A stretch of 64,000 bases of DNA, taken from positions 1,664,001 to 1,728,000 of the forward strand of contig CBDCXM010000009.1 in the NCBI GenBank assembly GCA_965223855.1, written 5' to 3'. Within the stretch, counting starts at the first letter, position 1, and every line of letters begins with the position of its first letter. The stretch is from Candidatus Multivoradales bacterium (lineage in GTDB: Bacteria > Acidobacteriota > Thermoanaerobaculia > Multivoradales > JAHEKO01). A model generated the notes under the pieces. It did not search any database and had not been told where the DNA came from. It saw only the letters and a list, made by a program, of their open reading frames with translations. This document shows, piece by piece, positions 8,482-18,021 of the stretch. Both the position numbers and the translations under genes were made by a program.

Positions 8482-10577
8482 CGGTGGGACAGGTTGGGAA
8501 GAGACCGGTTGCGCCGGTCGCTCGGCGCGAGCGCCGCACCCGGGTCGTCCACGGCCGTGAGCTGGTCGACGACTACGACTGGCTCAGAGAGCGCGAAGCT
8601 CCCGAAGTGCGCGCGCATCTCGAGGCGGAGAACGCCCATACCGAAGCGGTGACCGCCGATCTCGAGGAGCTGCGCGAGAGGCTCTACGAGGAGATGCTCG
8701 GCAGGATCGAGGAGACCGACGTCTCGGCGCCGACCCGCGACGGCGACTGGGACTACTACGTCCGCACCGCCCGAGGGCTTGCCTACCCGATCCACTGTCG
8801 CCGGCCGGCGAGCGATCGGCCGCTGACCACCGCCGAGCCACACGAGGAGGTGCTCCTCGACGTCAACGACCTGGCGAGCGGTCATGACTTCTTCGAGATC
8901 GGTGCCCTGGCGTTGTCGCACGATCACCGGCTCCTCGCGTACTCCTACGACACCGATGGCGACGAGCGGTTCCGCCTCGTGATCAAGGACCTGGAGAGCG
9001 GCGAGCTTCTGCCCGACGTCATCGAGGACGTTTACTACCCGCTCGCCTGGGCGACCGACGACCGGACCTTCTTCTACGCCACGCTCGACGACGCTCACCG
9101 GCCGTGGCGCATCGTCCGCCACCGACTGGGGGAGGCGCCCGCGGACGACGTCGTCGTCTTCGAAGAGGGCGACGAACGTTTCTTCGTCGATGTGTCACTG
9201 ACCCGCAGCAAGCGTTTCCTGGTGATCTCGAGCGCCAGTTCGGTGACTTCGGAGTGCCATCTGCTGGAAGCCGACGAGCCGGGGGGCGTCTGGCGCTGTT
9301 TCGCTCGGCGACGCCACGAGGTGGAGTACGACGTCGATCACCTCGTCGATCGCGGTGGCGAGCGGTTCCTCGTTCTCACCAATCTCGAGGCGAAGAACTT
9401 CCGGATCGTCGAGGCCGACGTCGACCGCACGGAGATGGCCGCCTGGCGCGACTGGATCCCTCATCGTGAGGAGGTAACGCTCGAGTGGCTCGACGTGTTC
9501 GCCGACCGGGTCGTGGTGGGGGAGCGCCAGGACGGTCTCGTCCACTTGCGGGTCAGGTCGCTCGTCGACGGTTCCGACCATCGGATCGAGATGCCGGAGG
9601 AGGCCTACTCGATCGGCGGTGGTGGCAACCCGGAGTTCGAGACCGATCGCTACCGCTTCGGCTACTCGTCGCTCGTCACTCCCTCGACGGTTTTCGATTA
9701 CCACGTCGAGCAGCGCCGCCTCGAGGTGGTTCGGCGTCAGCCGGTCCTCGGAGGTTACGATCCCGGCGTCTACGTCACCCGCCGTATTCACGCCGAGGCG
9801 GCGGACGGCACTTCGGTGCCGGTGACCGTCGTCCACCGGCGCGACCTCTCCCTCGACGGCTGCAACCCGTGCCTCCTCTACGGCTACGGTGCCTACGGGA
9901 TGACGATCGACCCTTCGTTTTCGTCGCTCACCGTGAGCCTGCTCGACCGCGGGTTCGTCTACGCCATCGCCCATGTCCGTGGGGGCGCCCTGCTGGGCGA
10001 GCGCTGGCACGACGACGGCAAGCTGCTCGCCAAGAGGAACAGCTTCACCGATTTCGTCGTCGCCGCCGAGCACCTGATCGGGAGCGGCTACACCCGGCCG
10101 TCGAGGCTCGCGATCCGCGGCGGCAGCGCGGGCGGTCTGCTGGTCGGGGCGGCCACCAACCTGGCGCCCGAGACGTTCGCCGTCGTGCTGGCGGCCGTGC
10201 CGTTCGTCGACGTCGTCAACACCATGCTCGACGACACCCTGCCGCTGACCGTCATCGAGTACGAGGAGTGGGGCGATCCGGTCGAGCGTGAGGCGTTCGA
10301 GGCGATGCTCGACTACTCGCCCTACGACAACGTCCGTGACGCCGACTACCCCGCGATGCTGGTGACGGCGGGCTTCAACGATCCCCGGGTGCAGTACTGG
10401 GAGCCCGCCAAATGGGTCGCGAAGCTGCGCCGGCACCAGCAGGGGGAACGGCCGATCCTGCTCAAGACCGACCTCGGCTCCGGGCATGGCGGGCCGAGCG
10501 GGCGCTACGCCTATCTGCGTGAGCGGGCGTTCGAGTACGCCTTCCTGATCGACCGATTGCGCGCTTCGCCGGCGTGA
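8478..10577 (+). CDS. ptrB: Oligopeptidase B (S9A peptidase)
   Basis: GTGA overlap with upstream stop; DDYDWLRE, YGYGAYG, GGSAGG nucleophile, DPRVQYWEPAKWVAKLR, GHGG. Confidence 0.93.
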   Translation: MTVGQVGKRPVAPVARRERRTRVVHGRELVDDYDWLREREAPEVRAHLEAENAHTEAVTADLEELRERLYEEMLGRIEETDVSAPTRDGDWDYYVRTARGLAYPIHCRRPASDRPLTTAEPHEEVLLDVNDLASGHDFFEIGALALSHDHRLLAYSYDTDGDERFRLVIKDLESGELLPDVIEDVYYPLAWATDDRTFFYATLDDAHRPWRIVRHRLGEAPADDVVVFEEGDERFFVDVSLTRSKRFLVISSASSVTSECHLLEADEPGGVWRCFARRRHEVEYDVDHLVDRGGERFLVLTNLEAKNFRIVEADVDRTEMAAWRDWIPHREEVTLEWLDVFADRVVVGERQDGLVHLRVRSLVDGSDHRIEMPEEAYSIGGGGNPEFETDRYRFGYSSLVTPSTVFDYHVEQRRLEVVRRQPVLGGYDPGVYVTRRIHAEAADGTSVPVTVVHRRDLSLDGCNPCLLYGYGAYGMTIDPSFSSLTVSLLDRGFVYAIAHVRGGALLGERWHDDGKLLAKRNSFTDFVVAAEHLIGSGYTRPSRLAIRGGSAGGLLVGAATNLAPETFAVVLAAVPFVDVVNTMLDDTLPLTVIEYEEWGDPVEREAFEAMLDYSPYDNVRDADYPAMLVTAGFNDPRVQYWEPAKWVAKLRRHQQGERPILLKTDLGSGHGGPSGRYAYLRERAFEYAFLIDRLRASPA

Positions 10578-10607
10578 TAGAACAGCGCCGTGAGCGGCGG
10601 CGGCAGC

Positions 10608-11003
10608 ATGGGCGACTTCGCCTCGGAGACGGTCACGCGGGGTATTCGTGTGCGCGTCGATCCGTGCTTCGACCCGCAGCGGTCGCAACCCGCTCACGGC
10701 AAGTGGTTCTTCCTCTATCGGGTCACGATCCGCAACGAGAGTGCGGACACGGTGCAACTCCTGACCCGCCACTGGGTCATCACCGACGGCATCGGCCGGG
10801 TGGAGGAGGTACGCGGCCCCGGGGTGGTCGGCGAGCAGCCCGTGCTGGCCCCCGGTGAGGCGTTCGAGTACACGAGCGGCTGCCCGCTGACGACCGACGT
10901 CGGCAAGATGGAGGGGAGCTACCAGATGGTCGACGGCGACGGCGAACCGTTTGACGTCGATATTGCGCCCTTCGTGTTGTGCGAGGAGGCCACGGTACAT
11001 TAG
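10608..11003 (+). CDS. apaG: ApaG protein
   Basis: QLLTRHWVITD, GPGVVGEQP, FEYTSG, GKMEGSY. Confidence 0.95.
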   Translation: MGDFASETVTRGIRVRVDPCFDPQRSQPAHGKWFFLYRVTIRNESADTVQLLTRHWVITDGIGRVEEVRGPGVVGEQPVLAPGEAFEYTSGCPLTTDVGKMEGSYQMVDGDGEPFDVDIAPFVLCEEATVH

Positions 11004-11148
11004 GTCGTAGAGAGCCCGCCGGGCTGGTTGCGGCGGGGCCCCGGTTCCGCCGCCCGGAATCTGCACGCCCTCGAGCCCTCGGCCGCAGAGAGGAGAGAAC
11101 GCTGATCCGTCGCAGTCTCGATCGACCGATGAGCTTCGGTGCCCGCCG

Positions 11149-11763
11149 TTGAACGTGCCGGACTGGGTCGAGGGTGCGCGCTACGTGCTCGCGGCCGCGC
11201 TGTGGGTGATGATGCCGGCGGCGGTCGCGTTCTGGCTCCTGATCCACCCGCTCGCCCGGTTCTGGCGCAAGGTCGGTCCCGCCGTCACCTACTCGGTCGC
11301 CGTCGTCGTGATGGCCGTCGTCGGAGCGGTCTCCTGGCTTTTCCACGAGCAGGCCCTGGCGGATCGGCCAGCGATGAAGGCGACGCTGATCGTGGCGGGC
11401 GCCGTGCTGTACGGGTTCGCGGTCGTCATCGAGCGCAAGTGCCGGCGCTATCTCAAGCTGAGAACGCTGGTCGGGGTTCCCGAGGTGACGGAGGGGGAGG
11501 TCGGCGTCCTGCTGACCGAAGGCATCTACGCCCACACCCGCAACCCGCGCTACCTCGACCTTGCCGTCGGCCTCGGCGGCTGGGCGCTGATTCTCAACAT
11601 CCCGGCCCTCTACTGGATGATCGGCACGGCGATCGTCGCCGTCTACCTGATCGCCGTCCTCGAGGAGCGCGAGCTGAGCGACCGCTTCGGCGCTCCGTAC
11701 GAGGAGTACCGGAAGCGGGTGCCGAGGATGTTGCCGCGGTCCTGGGCGTTTCTGCGTTCGTAG
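11149..11763 (+). CDS. Isoprenylcysteine carboxylmethyltransferase/PEMT family membrane protein
   Basis: Several TM segments; GIYAHTRNPRY and EERELSDRFGAPYEEYRKRVPR. Confidence 0.85.
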   Translation: MNVPDWVEGARYVLAAALWVMMPAAVAFWLLIHPLARFWRKVGPAVTYSVAVVVMAVVGAVSWLFHEQALADRPAMKATLIVAGAVLYGFAVVIERKCRRYLKLRTLVGVPEVTEGEVGVLLTEGIYAHTRNPRYLDLAVGLGGWALILNIPALYWMIGTAIVAVYLIAVLEERELSDRFGAPYEEYRKRVPRMLPRSWAFLRS

Positions 11764-11782
11764 CTCGGTCGGCTGCGCGCTG

Positions 11783-12949
11783 CTAGCTTCCAGCGACCGG
11801 CGCCGGCGCCCACCGCTCGTAGAGCGCATCGACGAGGATCTCGCGGGCCCGGGCGACGATCTCGTCGAGCGCGGGCGTTTGAGCGAAGGTCTCCTCGGCC
11901 TTGCGGCGCAGCGCGTCGAGACTCGGCAGTTCCGGCAGGTGGACGTCGCTGAGCAGAGCCGCGAGTTGCTCGCGCGCCTCGGCGGACCGCTCGCGCACTG
12001 TCTCCAGAGCGGTGCTCTGCTCGAAGACCTCCCTCGCCTGCGCGCTCAATCGCTCGAGGCGAAAGTGCTCTGCGAGCTGCTGGGCGACTCGCTCGACGAT
12101 CGGCGTCGGCGGCCGTCGGCTTCCTGCCAGAACCTCTCTCGGCGGCGAGCGGAGGTCCCAGACGACGCCGACCCAGGAGAGCATCTTCAGAACGTAGTAG
12201 GTGACGTCGATCTCCCACCATCGGAAGCCCTGGCGGGTCGACGACTGGTAGTAGTGATGGTTGTTGTGCCACCCCTCGCCGAGGGTGATGAGAGCGAGCC
12301 ACAGGTTGTTGCGGGAGTCGTCGCCGGTGACGTAGCGCTGGCGGCCGAAGCAGTGGGCCATCGAGTTGATGGCGAAGGTGCCGTGGTAGGTCAGCACCGT
12401 GCTCCAGAAGAAGCCGACGACCAACCCCGGCAGTCCGTCGATCGCGAGACAGATCGCACCGAGGACCACCGCAGGCAGGAGCTTGCGCCGGTCGAGCCAC
12501 ACGAGCTCGGGATAGCGGGTGAGATCGGGGATCGAGGAGTAGTCGGCGGTCGAATGAGGCCGATGGAAGATCCAGCCGAGATGGGCGAAGACGAAGCCGT
12601 GCTGAGCGGGCGAGTGCACGTCGGTCGGCAGGTCGGAGTGTGCGTGATGCTCGCGGTGCTTGGCGGCCCACCACAGCGTGCCCGACTGCGCCGACATCTG
12701 GGCGACGAAGGCTAGCACGAACTGGAAGACTCGCGAGGTCTTGAAACTGCGGTGCGAGAAGTAGCGATGAAAGCCGGCGGTGATGGCGAACATCCGGAGC
12801 AGATAGAAGGCGACACACAGCGCCAGCGAGGTCACGGTCACGCCGGTCCACAACGCGGCGAAACAGGCGAGGTGAACCAGTGCGAAGGAGACGACGGACG
12901 GATAGATGATGTCGTCGTGTTCGTGGGGTGCGGTGTGTGTCGAGTCCAT
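11783..12949 (-). CDS. Delta-9 acyl-CoA fatty acid desaturase with C-terminal helical extension
   Basis: His boxes HRYFSH, HREHH, GEGWHNNHH. Confidence 0.93.
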   Translation of the reverse strand: MDSTHTAPHEHDDIIYPSVVSFALVHLACFAALWTGVTVTSLALCVAFYLLRMFAITAGFHRYFSHRSFKTSRVFQFVLAFVAQMSAQSGTLWWAAKHREHHAHSDLPTDVHSPAQHGFVFAHLGWIFHRPHSTADYSSIPDLTRYPELVWLDRRKLLPAVVLGAICLAIDGLPGLVVGFFWSTVLTYHGTFAINSMAHCFGRQRYVTGDDSRNNLWLALITLGEGWHNNHHYYQSSTRQGFRWWEIDVTYYVLKMLSWVGVVWDLRSPPREVLAGSRRPPTPIVERVAQQLAEHFRLERLSAQAREVFEQSTALETVRERSAEAREQLAALLSDVHLPELPSLDALRRKAEETFAQTPALDEIVARAREILVDALYERWAPAPVAGS

Positions 12950-12985
12950 CGGGTCTTCCTTTCGGCTCTCCAGGCCTCCGGGCGT

Positions 12986-13852
12986 TCAGTTCTCCAGGCG
13001 TTCCAGCAGAGCGCGGGCTTCGCGGATCGCCTGCATCTCCTCGAGCAGCCATCCCGGATGGGGCTCGCTCGCCACCACCTCGCGCAGCAGGTCGAGCCCT
13101 TCCTCACGGCGTCGCGGCTCGAACTCGACGAGGGCCTCGCCGAGGTAGTAGCGGGTCGTCAGGTCGTCGGGGGCGATCTCGAGGCACGTCTCGAGCTCGG
13201 CGACCGCGGTCTCGCGATCGATCCAACCGGTGACGAAGGGGATCTTCGGCGCCTCGGTGTGAAGCCGACCGAGAATCCGATGGCCGCCGCCATTCTCGAT
13301 CTTCGGGTCGAGCCACACCGATGCCTGCGCCCGGTCGCGGACCTTGCTGCCGACTCCCTCGCGAGCCGAGGCCAGCTTCCCCCGGGTGCGGCCCCACAAC
13401 CCCCAGTGGGCGGCGGACCAGAAGAGCACTTCTGCCGCTTCGGTCGGATCAGCATCGATGCGCTCACGCAGCTCGGAGGCGTTCAACTCGAGGATCGCCT
13501 CTCCGCCCAGCTGCTCGAGACCCTCCTCACCGAGCTCCCGGCCTCGGAGGAACACCTCCAACCGGGCGTCGCGATCTCTCAACACGTGCTCGCCCAGATA
13601 GAAGAGCGCCCGCGCCAGCTTCCAGCGCGCTTCGAGGCTGTCGGGTGAGGCCGCGAGGGCCGCCTCGTAGGCTGCGATCGCGCTTTCGATCGGCACCGCG
13701 GCTGCCCGCCCTTCGGACTGCCCTTCGGCCCGGCGCTCCCAGGCTGCGTCCCCCTCGGCGAGGTGCGCGTTCCCTCCGTCTGTCGGCGTTCCCTGGAGCG
13801 GGGTCGCCAGCAGCAGGAGCGTGGCGGCGGGGCGGGAGAGGCGCTCGATCAT
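12986..13852 (-). CDS. Exported TPR-like helical repeat protein (possibly TatT-like)
   Basis: Signal-like N-terminus MIERLSRPAATLLLLA; ARWKLARALFYLGE, GGHRILGRLHTEAP, RYYLGEAL helical repeats. Confidence 0.7.
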   Translation of the reverse strand: MIERLSRPAATLLLLATPLQGTPTDGGNAHLAEGDAAWERRAEGQSEGRAAAVPIESAIAAYEAALAASPDSLEARWKLARALFYLGEHVLRDRDARLEVFLRGRELGEEGLEQLGGEAILELNASELRERIDADPTEAAEVLFWSAAHWGLWGRTRGKLASAREGVGSKVRDRAQASVWLDPKIENGGGHRILGRLHTEAPKIPFVTGWIDRETAVAELETCLEIAPDDLTTRYYLGEALVEFEPRRREEGLDLLREVVASEPHPGWLLEEMQAIREARALLERLEN

Positions 13853-13859
13853 CCTCTCG

Positions 13860-14831
13860 TCAACCGGGTGCCTGGCCGAAGTTCTTCCGGTAGCGCTCGT
13901 CGAACTCGGCGCGATCGTAGCTGTGGGCCTGGGTTCCGTACTGTTCGACGGCGTAGGCCGAGGCGACGCTCCCCATGCGGCCGCAGACGGCGAGGTCGTA
14001 GCCGGCCGTCCAGCCGGCGAGAAAGCCGGCCCGGTAGGCATCCCCCGCGCCGGTCGGGTCGACCGCCTCGGAGACCGTCGCCGGAGGGATCTCGATCGGA
14101 GTCTCGTCGCGGCGCAGGATCCTGCTCCCCTGAGCTCCCAGGGTGACGACGGCGATATCGACGAGGTCGAAGAGTGCGTCGTCGCGGAATCCGGTCTTCT
14201 CCGAGAACACGGCGTGCTCGTAGTCGTTGAGCAGCATCGCCTTGGCACCGCGCGCGCACTCGCGCAACTGCGCACCTTCCATGTGCGTGACCTGGAACGA
14301 GGGGTCGAAGAAGAAGGTCATGCCCGCTTCTCGCGCCTCCCGGCAATGGCGCTCGATCGCCTTCGGGTCGTCGGGAGAGACGATCACCACCTCCGCTCCC
14401 CCGGCCAGCTCTCGCAGGCTGAGCTCCGGCGCCTGCGCCATGGCGCCGACGTGGAATCCCTGAATCTGGCTGTCGGACCGGTCGGTGGTGATGAAGGCCG
14501 AGGCGGTGATCTCGTCCTCGATGATGCGGATCGCGCTCGTATCGACGCCGCACCGGCGGAGAAAGGCGTCGTACTCGGCGAAGTCGTTGCCCGCCGTGCC
14601 GACGATCCGCGGCGTCGCCCCCAGCAGCGCCAGCGAGTAGGCGACGTTCCCGGCGCAGCCGCCGCGCTTCTTCTCGAGCCGATCGACGAGGAAGGAGATG
14701 TTGATGACGTGCAGCTTGTCCGGAAGGATGTGGTCGGCAAAGAGCCCCGGGAACGTCATGATGTGGTCCCAGGCGAGAGAGCCCGTGACCGCAATCGGAT
14801 CGCCGGCGCGTCTGGATTCGTGGGGGGCCAA
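13860..14831 (-). CDS. PfkB family carbohydrate/adenosine kinase
   Basis: GSLAWDHIM, GGCAGNVAY, DPTGAGDAYRAG; start uncertain (TTG at 14831). Confidence 0.9.
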   Translation of the reverse strand: MAPHESRRAGDPIAVTGSLAWDHIMTFPGLFADHILPDKLHVINISFLVDRLEKKRGGCAGNVAYSLALLGATPRIVGTAGNDFAEYDAFLRRCGVDTSAIRIIEDEITASAFITTDRSDSQIQGFHVGAMAQAPELSLRELAGGAEVVIVSPDDPKAIERHCREAREAGMTFFFDPSFQVTHMEGAQLRECARGAKAMLLNDYEHAVFSEKTGFRDDALFDLVDIAVVTLGAQGSRILRRDETPIEIPPATVSEAVDPTGAGDAYRAGFLAGWTAGYDLAVCGRMGSVASAYAVEQYGTQAHSYDRAEFDERYRKNFGQAPG

Positions 14832-14986
14832 GGGGTCGCCGGAGAGCGGGTGCGTCGGGTGACGGAGATTGCCGAGAGGTCTTGCCGCGCCGGAAGCTGC
14901 GGCGCGCCGAATGTAGCAGACCGGCCCGCGTCCGACGACACGGGCCGGTGACACGAGAGGTGCGGGTCGCGACTGGCGATCGGCCG

Positions 14987-15649
14987 TCAGGGAAGGGGCT
15001 GCTGGTCGAGCGGCATGCAGATCGTCCCGTCGAAGCCGAAGACCGCGCGGCAGCGTTCGTCGATCGGGCAGTCGGAGAGGCCTTCGCACGGACGGACCGG
15101 AAAGTCGATGCACTGCGCCCGAACGTTGATCGAAGGCGGTACCGGGCTCGCCCACACCCGGCCTGCGGGGCACGAGTTGCAGCAGCCGCTCGCTGTACAC
15201 GCCTGTCCGAACGGGCAGTCGCGGTCGCCGCGGCAGCCGCCGCCGTCGCCGGGCTCGTCGTCGGGAGGTGTACCGCAGCCGCGCGGCACGCTCTCGTCGC
15301 AGAATCCGGCGAGACAGGTCTCGCCGCACAGGCAGTCGGCGTCCGAGTTGCAGCGGATGCTCGCCGGACGGCAGGTGTAGGTCTGGTTGCACCAGGTGTT
15401 GCACCAGGCATTCGAGTCGGCGACCGCGCTGGTGTTTCCCTGGCATGCGCTCGCCCAGAAGCTGCACTCGACGTGGGTGGCGTCACAGATCCCGCTGCCG
15501 CTGTCGGTCGAGCAGCCGTTCCAGTTGCCGGGTCCGCAGGTGAGCTGCGAGGTCGCCGTCGGTGCCTGAGCGAAGGCTACCGGGGCGAGGTGCGCGAGGG
15601 CGAGCGCTGCACAGGAGAGTGCGAAGAGGATCAGAGATCGCTGGGTCAT
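14987..15649 (-). CDS. Secreted cysteine-rich protein with CxxxxDC-type repeats
   Basis: Signal peptide ending AFA; about 25 Cys in the mature part; CNSDADC, CRGDRDC, CEGLSDC. Confidence 0.75.
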   Translation of the reverse strand: MTQRSLILFALSCAALALAHLAPVAFAQAPTATSQLTCGPGNWNGCSTDSGSGICDATHVECSFWASACQGNTSAVADSNAWCNTWCNQTYTCRPASIRCNSDADCLCGETCLAGFCDESVPRGCGTPPDDEPGDGGGCRGDRDCPFGQACTASGCCNSCPAGRVWASPVPPSINVRAQCIDFPVRPCEGLSDCPIDERCRAVFGFDGTICMPLDQQPLP

Positions 15650-15901
15650 TCGAAGTTCCTTTCGTGGGCCGCTGACGCCACGGTAGGCGGCGTCGTAGCG
15701 CCGGGCTTGATGGAGAGCTTCCGGGTTCCTGATGGTTCGCTGCTAGCGAGCTGCGGGAGGGAGCGCTCGATGGGGCAGGGGGGCCGGGAAGCGGGAGGGG
15801 GCGGGGGCTGTTGGAAGGAGTGAGGGGGTGCGCCCGGAGGTGCCCTGCCAGGGTGCCGTGCCGGAGTCTCCGTGCGTCTCGGGTAGACCGCCGGTGCCTG
15901 T

Positions 15902-18019
15902 TTGGTAGAAGCTCTGCCGACCGAGGTCCACGTGGATACCGTCGATTCTTCGCACACCAGCCGTCTTCTGACGGCCGAGCCGCTACTCGATCCGCCCGAG
16001 GAGCGGTCTCTGGCGACTGCGGTCGATCGCGCGGCTCACCGCCTGCTCGCCCTGCAGCAGGAGGACGGCCACTGGTGCGCAGAGCTCGAGGGAGACTCGA
16101 TTCTCGAGTCGGAGTACATCCTCACGCAGTGGTTCCTGGGCCGCACCGCCGAGGACAAGCTCGCCAAGGCGGCACGCCATCTGCGGGCGAGCCAGGAGGA
16201 GGACGGCGGCTGGTGCATCTACCCGGGTGGCGCGCCCGACGTCAATCCGACGGTCAAGGCCTACTTCGCGCTCAAGCTGGCCGGAGATCCACCCTCGGCG
16301 CCCCATATGCAGAAGGCGCTCGAGGTCGCCCGGCGTCTCGGCGGCATCGACGCCTGCAACTCCTTCACCAGAATCTACATGGCGGTGTTCGGCCAGTACC
16401 CCTGGGCGCGCTGCCCGGCGGTGCCGCCCGAGATCATCCTGCTGCCGTCCTGGTTCCCGTTCAACATCTACGAGATGTCGTCCTGGTCGCGGGCGATCGT
16501 CGTGCCGCTGTCGATCATCTGGGCGCTCAAACCGCACTGCGACGTGCCGGAGGCGCTCGCGGTCCCGGAACTCCTGGTGACCGATCCGGTCAACGGCTCG
16601 ACGGCCGCGGATTCACGGCAGGACTCGCTTTCCGCGCTCGCCTGGTCGAAGTTCTTCCGCGGTACCGACGCCGCGCTCAAGGTTTACGAGAAGGCGCCGT
16701 TCGCGCCGCTTCGCCGCCTTGCCCTCGAGCGGGCTCGCGAGTGGATCGTCCAGCGGCTCGACCGCAGCGACGGGCTCGGCGCGATCTTCCCGCCGATCGT
16801 CAACACGATCTACGCCTTCCGTGCGCTCGGCATGGCGATCGACGATCCGCTGCTGGCCGGTCAGATCGAGCAACTCGAACGGCTCGAGATCGAGGACGAG
16901 CACTCGCTGAGGATTCAGCCGTGCTTCTCGCCGGTGTGGGACACGGCGCTGGCGCTCCACGCGCTCCTGGAGGCCGGGCTCGCTCCGGACGCACCGGAGG
17001 CGGAGCGCGCGGCGAGCTGGCTGCTCGAGCGCGAGGTGACCTCGGTCGGCGACTGGTCCGTCAAGAGTGGGAACGAGACGGTGGGAGGCTGGTTCTTCGA
17101 GTACGCCAACGAGTTCTACCCGGACTGCGACGACACGGCGCAGGTCGTGACGACGCTTTCCGGCACCGCTTTCGGCGATCGCCCCCAGGAGGTCGGAGAG
17201 GGCGGTCATGGGAGGGGGTTGGGGACAGCGGGACTCGGTGCGGCCCGGGTCGAGGCGGCCCTCGATCGCGGCGTCGCCTGGCTTCGGGGGATGCAGAATC
17301 GCGACGGTGGATGGGCGTCGTTCGACAAGGACTGCGACCGGGAGTTCCTGAAGTACGTGCCGTTCGCCGACCACAACGCGATGGTCGATCCGGCGACGGT
17401 AGACATCACCGCCCGCGTGCTCGAGGCGTTTGCCGCTCGCGGCATTCCGCGCAGTGCGCCGGAGCTGCGCCGGGCGGTCCGCTTCATCCGCGGGCAGCAG
17501 GAGGCGGACGGCTCCTGGTTCGGCCGCTGGGGCTGCAACTACCTCTATGGCACCTGGCTCGGTCTGTGGGGCTTGCGCAAGGTCGGTGAGCGGCCGGGCG
17601 ACCCGGCGCTGCGGCGTGGCGGCGAGTGGCTCCTGTCGTGTCAGAACCGTGACGGCGGCTGGGGAGAGCTGCCGGACACCTACCGCGACGCCGCGCGCAA
17701 GGGAGAGGGACCGAGCACGGCATCGCAGACCGCCTGGGCGCTCCTGGGACTGGCGGCGGCCGACCTGGGTGGCAGCGACAGTGCGAACGCCGGGGTCGCC
17801 TACCTGCTGGAGCATCAGGAGGCCGAAGGGGGATGGAGCGACGCCTTCTGGACCGGCACCGGCTTTCCTGAGGTGTTCTACCTGCGCTATCACCTCTATG
17901 CGACCTATTTCCCGCTGCTGGCGCTGGCGACCTACCGCCGGCTCGCCGACGGCATCGATCCGTTCGCCGGCCCCCTGGACGGCTCCTCCAACGGCCCCGC
18001 GGGGAGCACAGCACAGTAG
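15902..18019 (+). CDS. shc: Squalene-hopene cyclase
   Basis: QW repeats (QQEDGHW, QEEDGGW, QNRDGGW), DCDDTA catalytic motif, GTGFPEVFYLRYHLY. True start may be GTG at 15932. Confidence 0.97.
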   Translation: MVEALPTEVHVDTVDSSHTSRLLTAEPLLDPPEERSLATAVDRAAHRLLALQQEDGHWCAELEGDSILESEYILTQWFLGRTAEDKLAKAARHLRASQEEDGGWCIYPGGAPDVNPTVKAYFALKLAGDPPSAPHMQKALEVARRLGGIDACNSFTRIYMAVFGQYPWARCPAVPPEIILLPSWFPFNIYEMSSWSRAIVVPLSIIWALKPHCDVPEALAVPELLVTDPVNGSTAADSRQDSLSALAWSKFFRGTDAALKVYEKAPFAPLRRLALERAREWIVQRLDRSDGLGAIFPPIVNTIYAFRALGMAIDDPLLAGQIEQLERLEIEDEHSLRIQPCFSPVWDTALALHALLEAGLAPDAPEAERAASWLLEREVTSVGDWSVKSGNETVGGWFFEYANEFYPDCDDTAQVVTTLSGTAFGDRPQEVGEGGHGRGLGTAGLGAARVEAALDRGVAWLRGMQNRDGGWASFDKDCDREFLKYVPFADHNAMVDPATVDITARVLEAFAARGIPRSAPELRRAVRFIRGQQEADGSWFGRWGCNYLYGTWLGLWGLRKVGERPGDPALRRGGEWLLSCQNRDGGWGELPDTYRDAARKGEGPSTASQTAWALLGLAAADLGGSDSANAGVAYLLEHQEAEGGWSDAFWTGTGFPEVFYLRYHLYATYFPLLALATYRRLADGIDPFAGPLDGSSNGPAGSTAQ

Positions 18020-18021
18020 CG

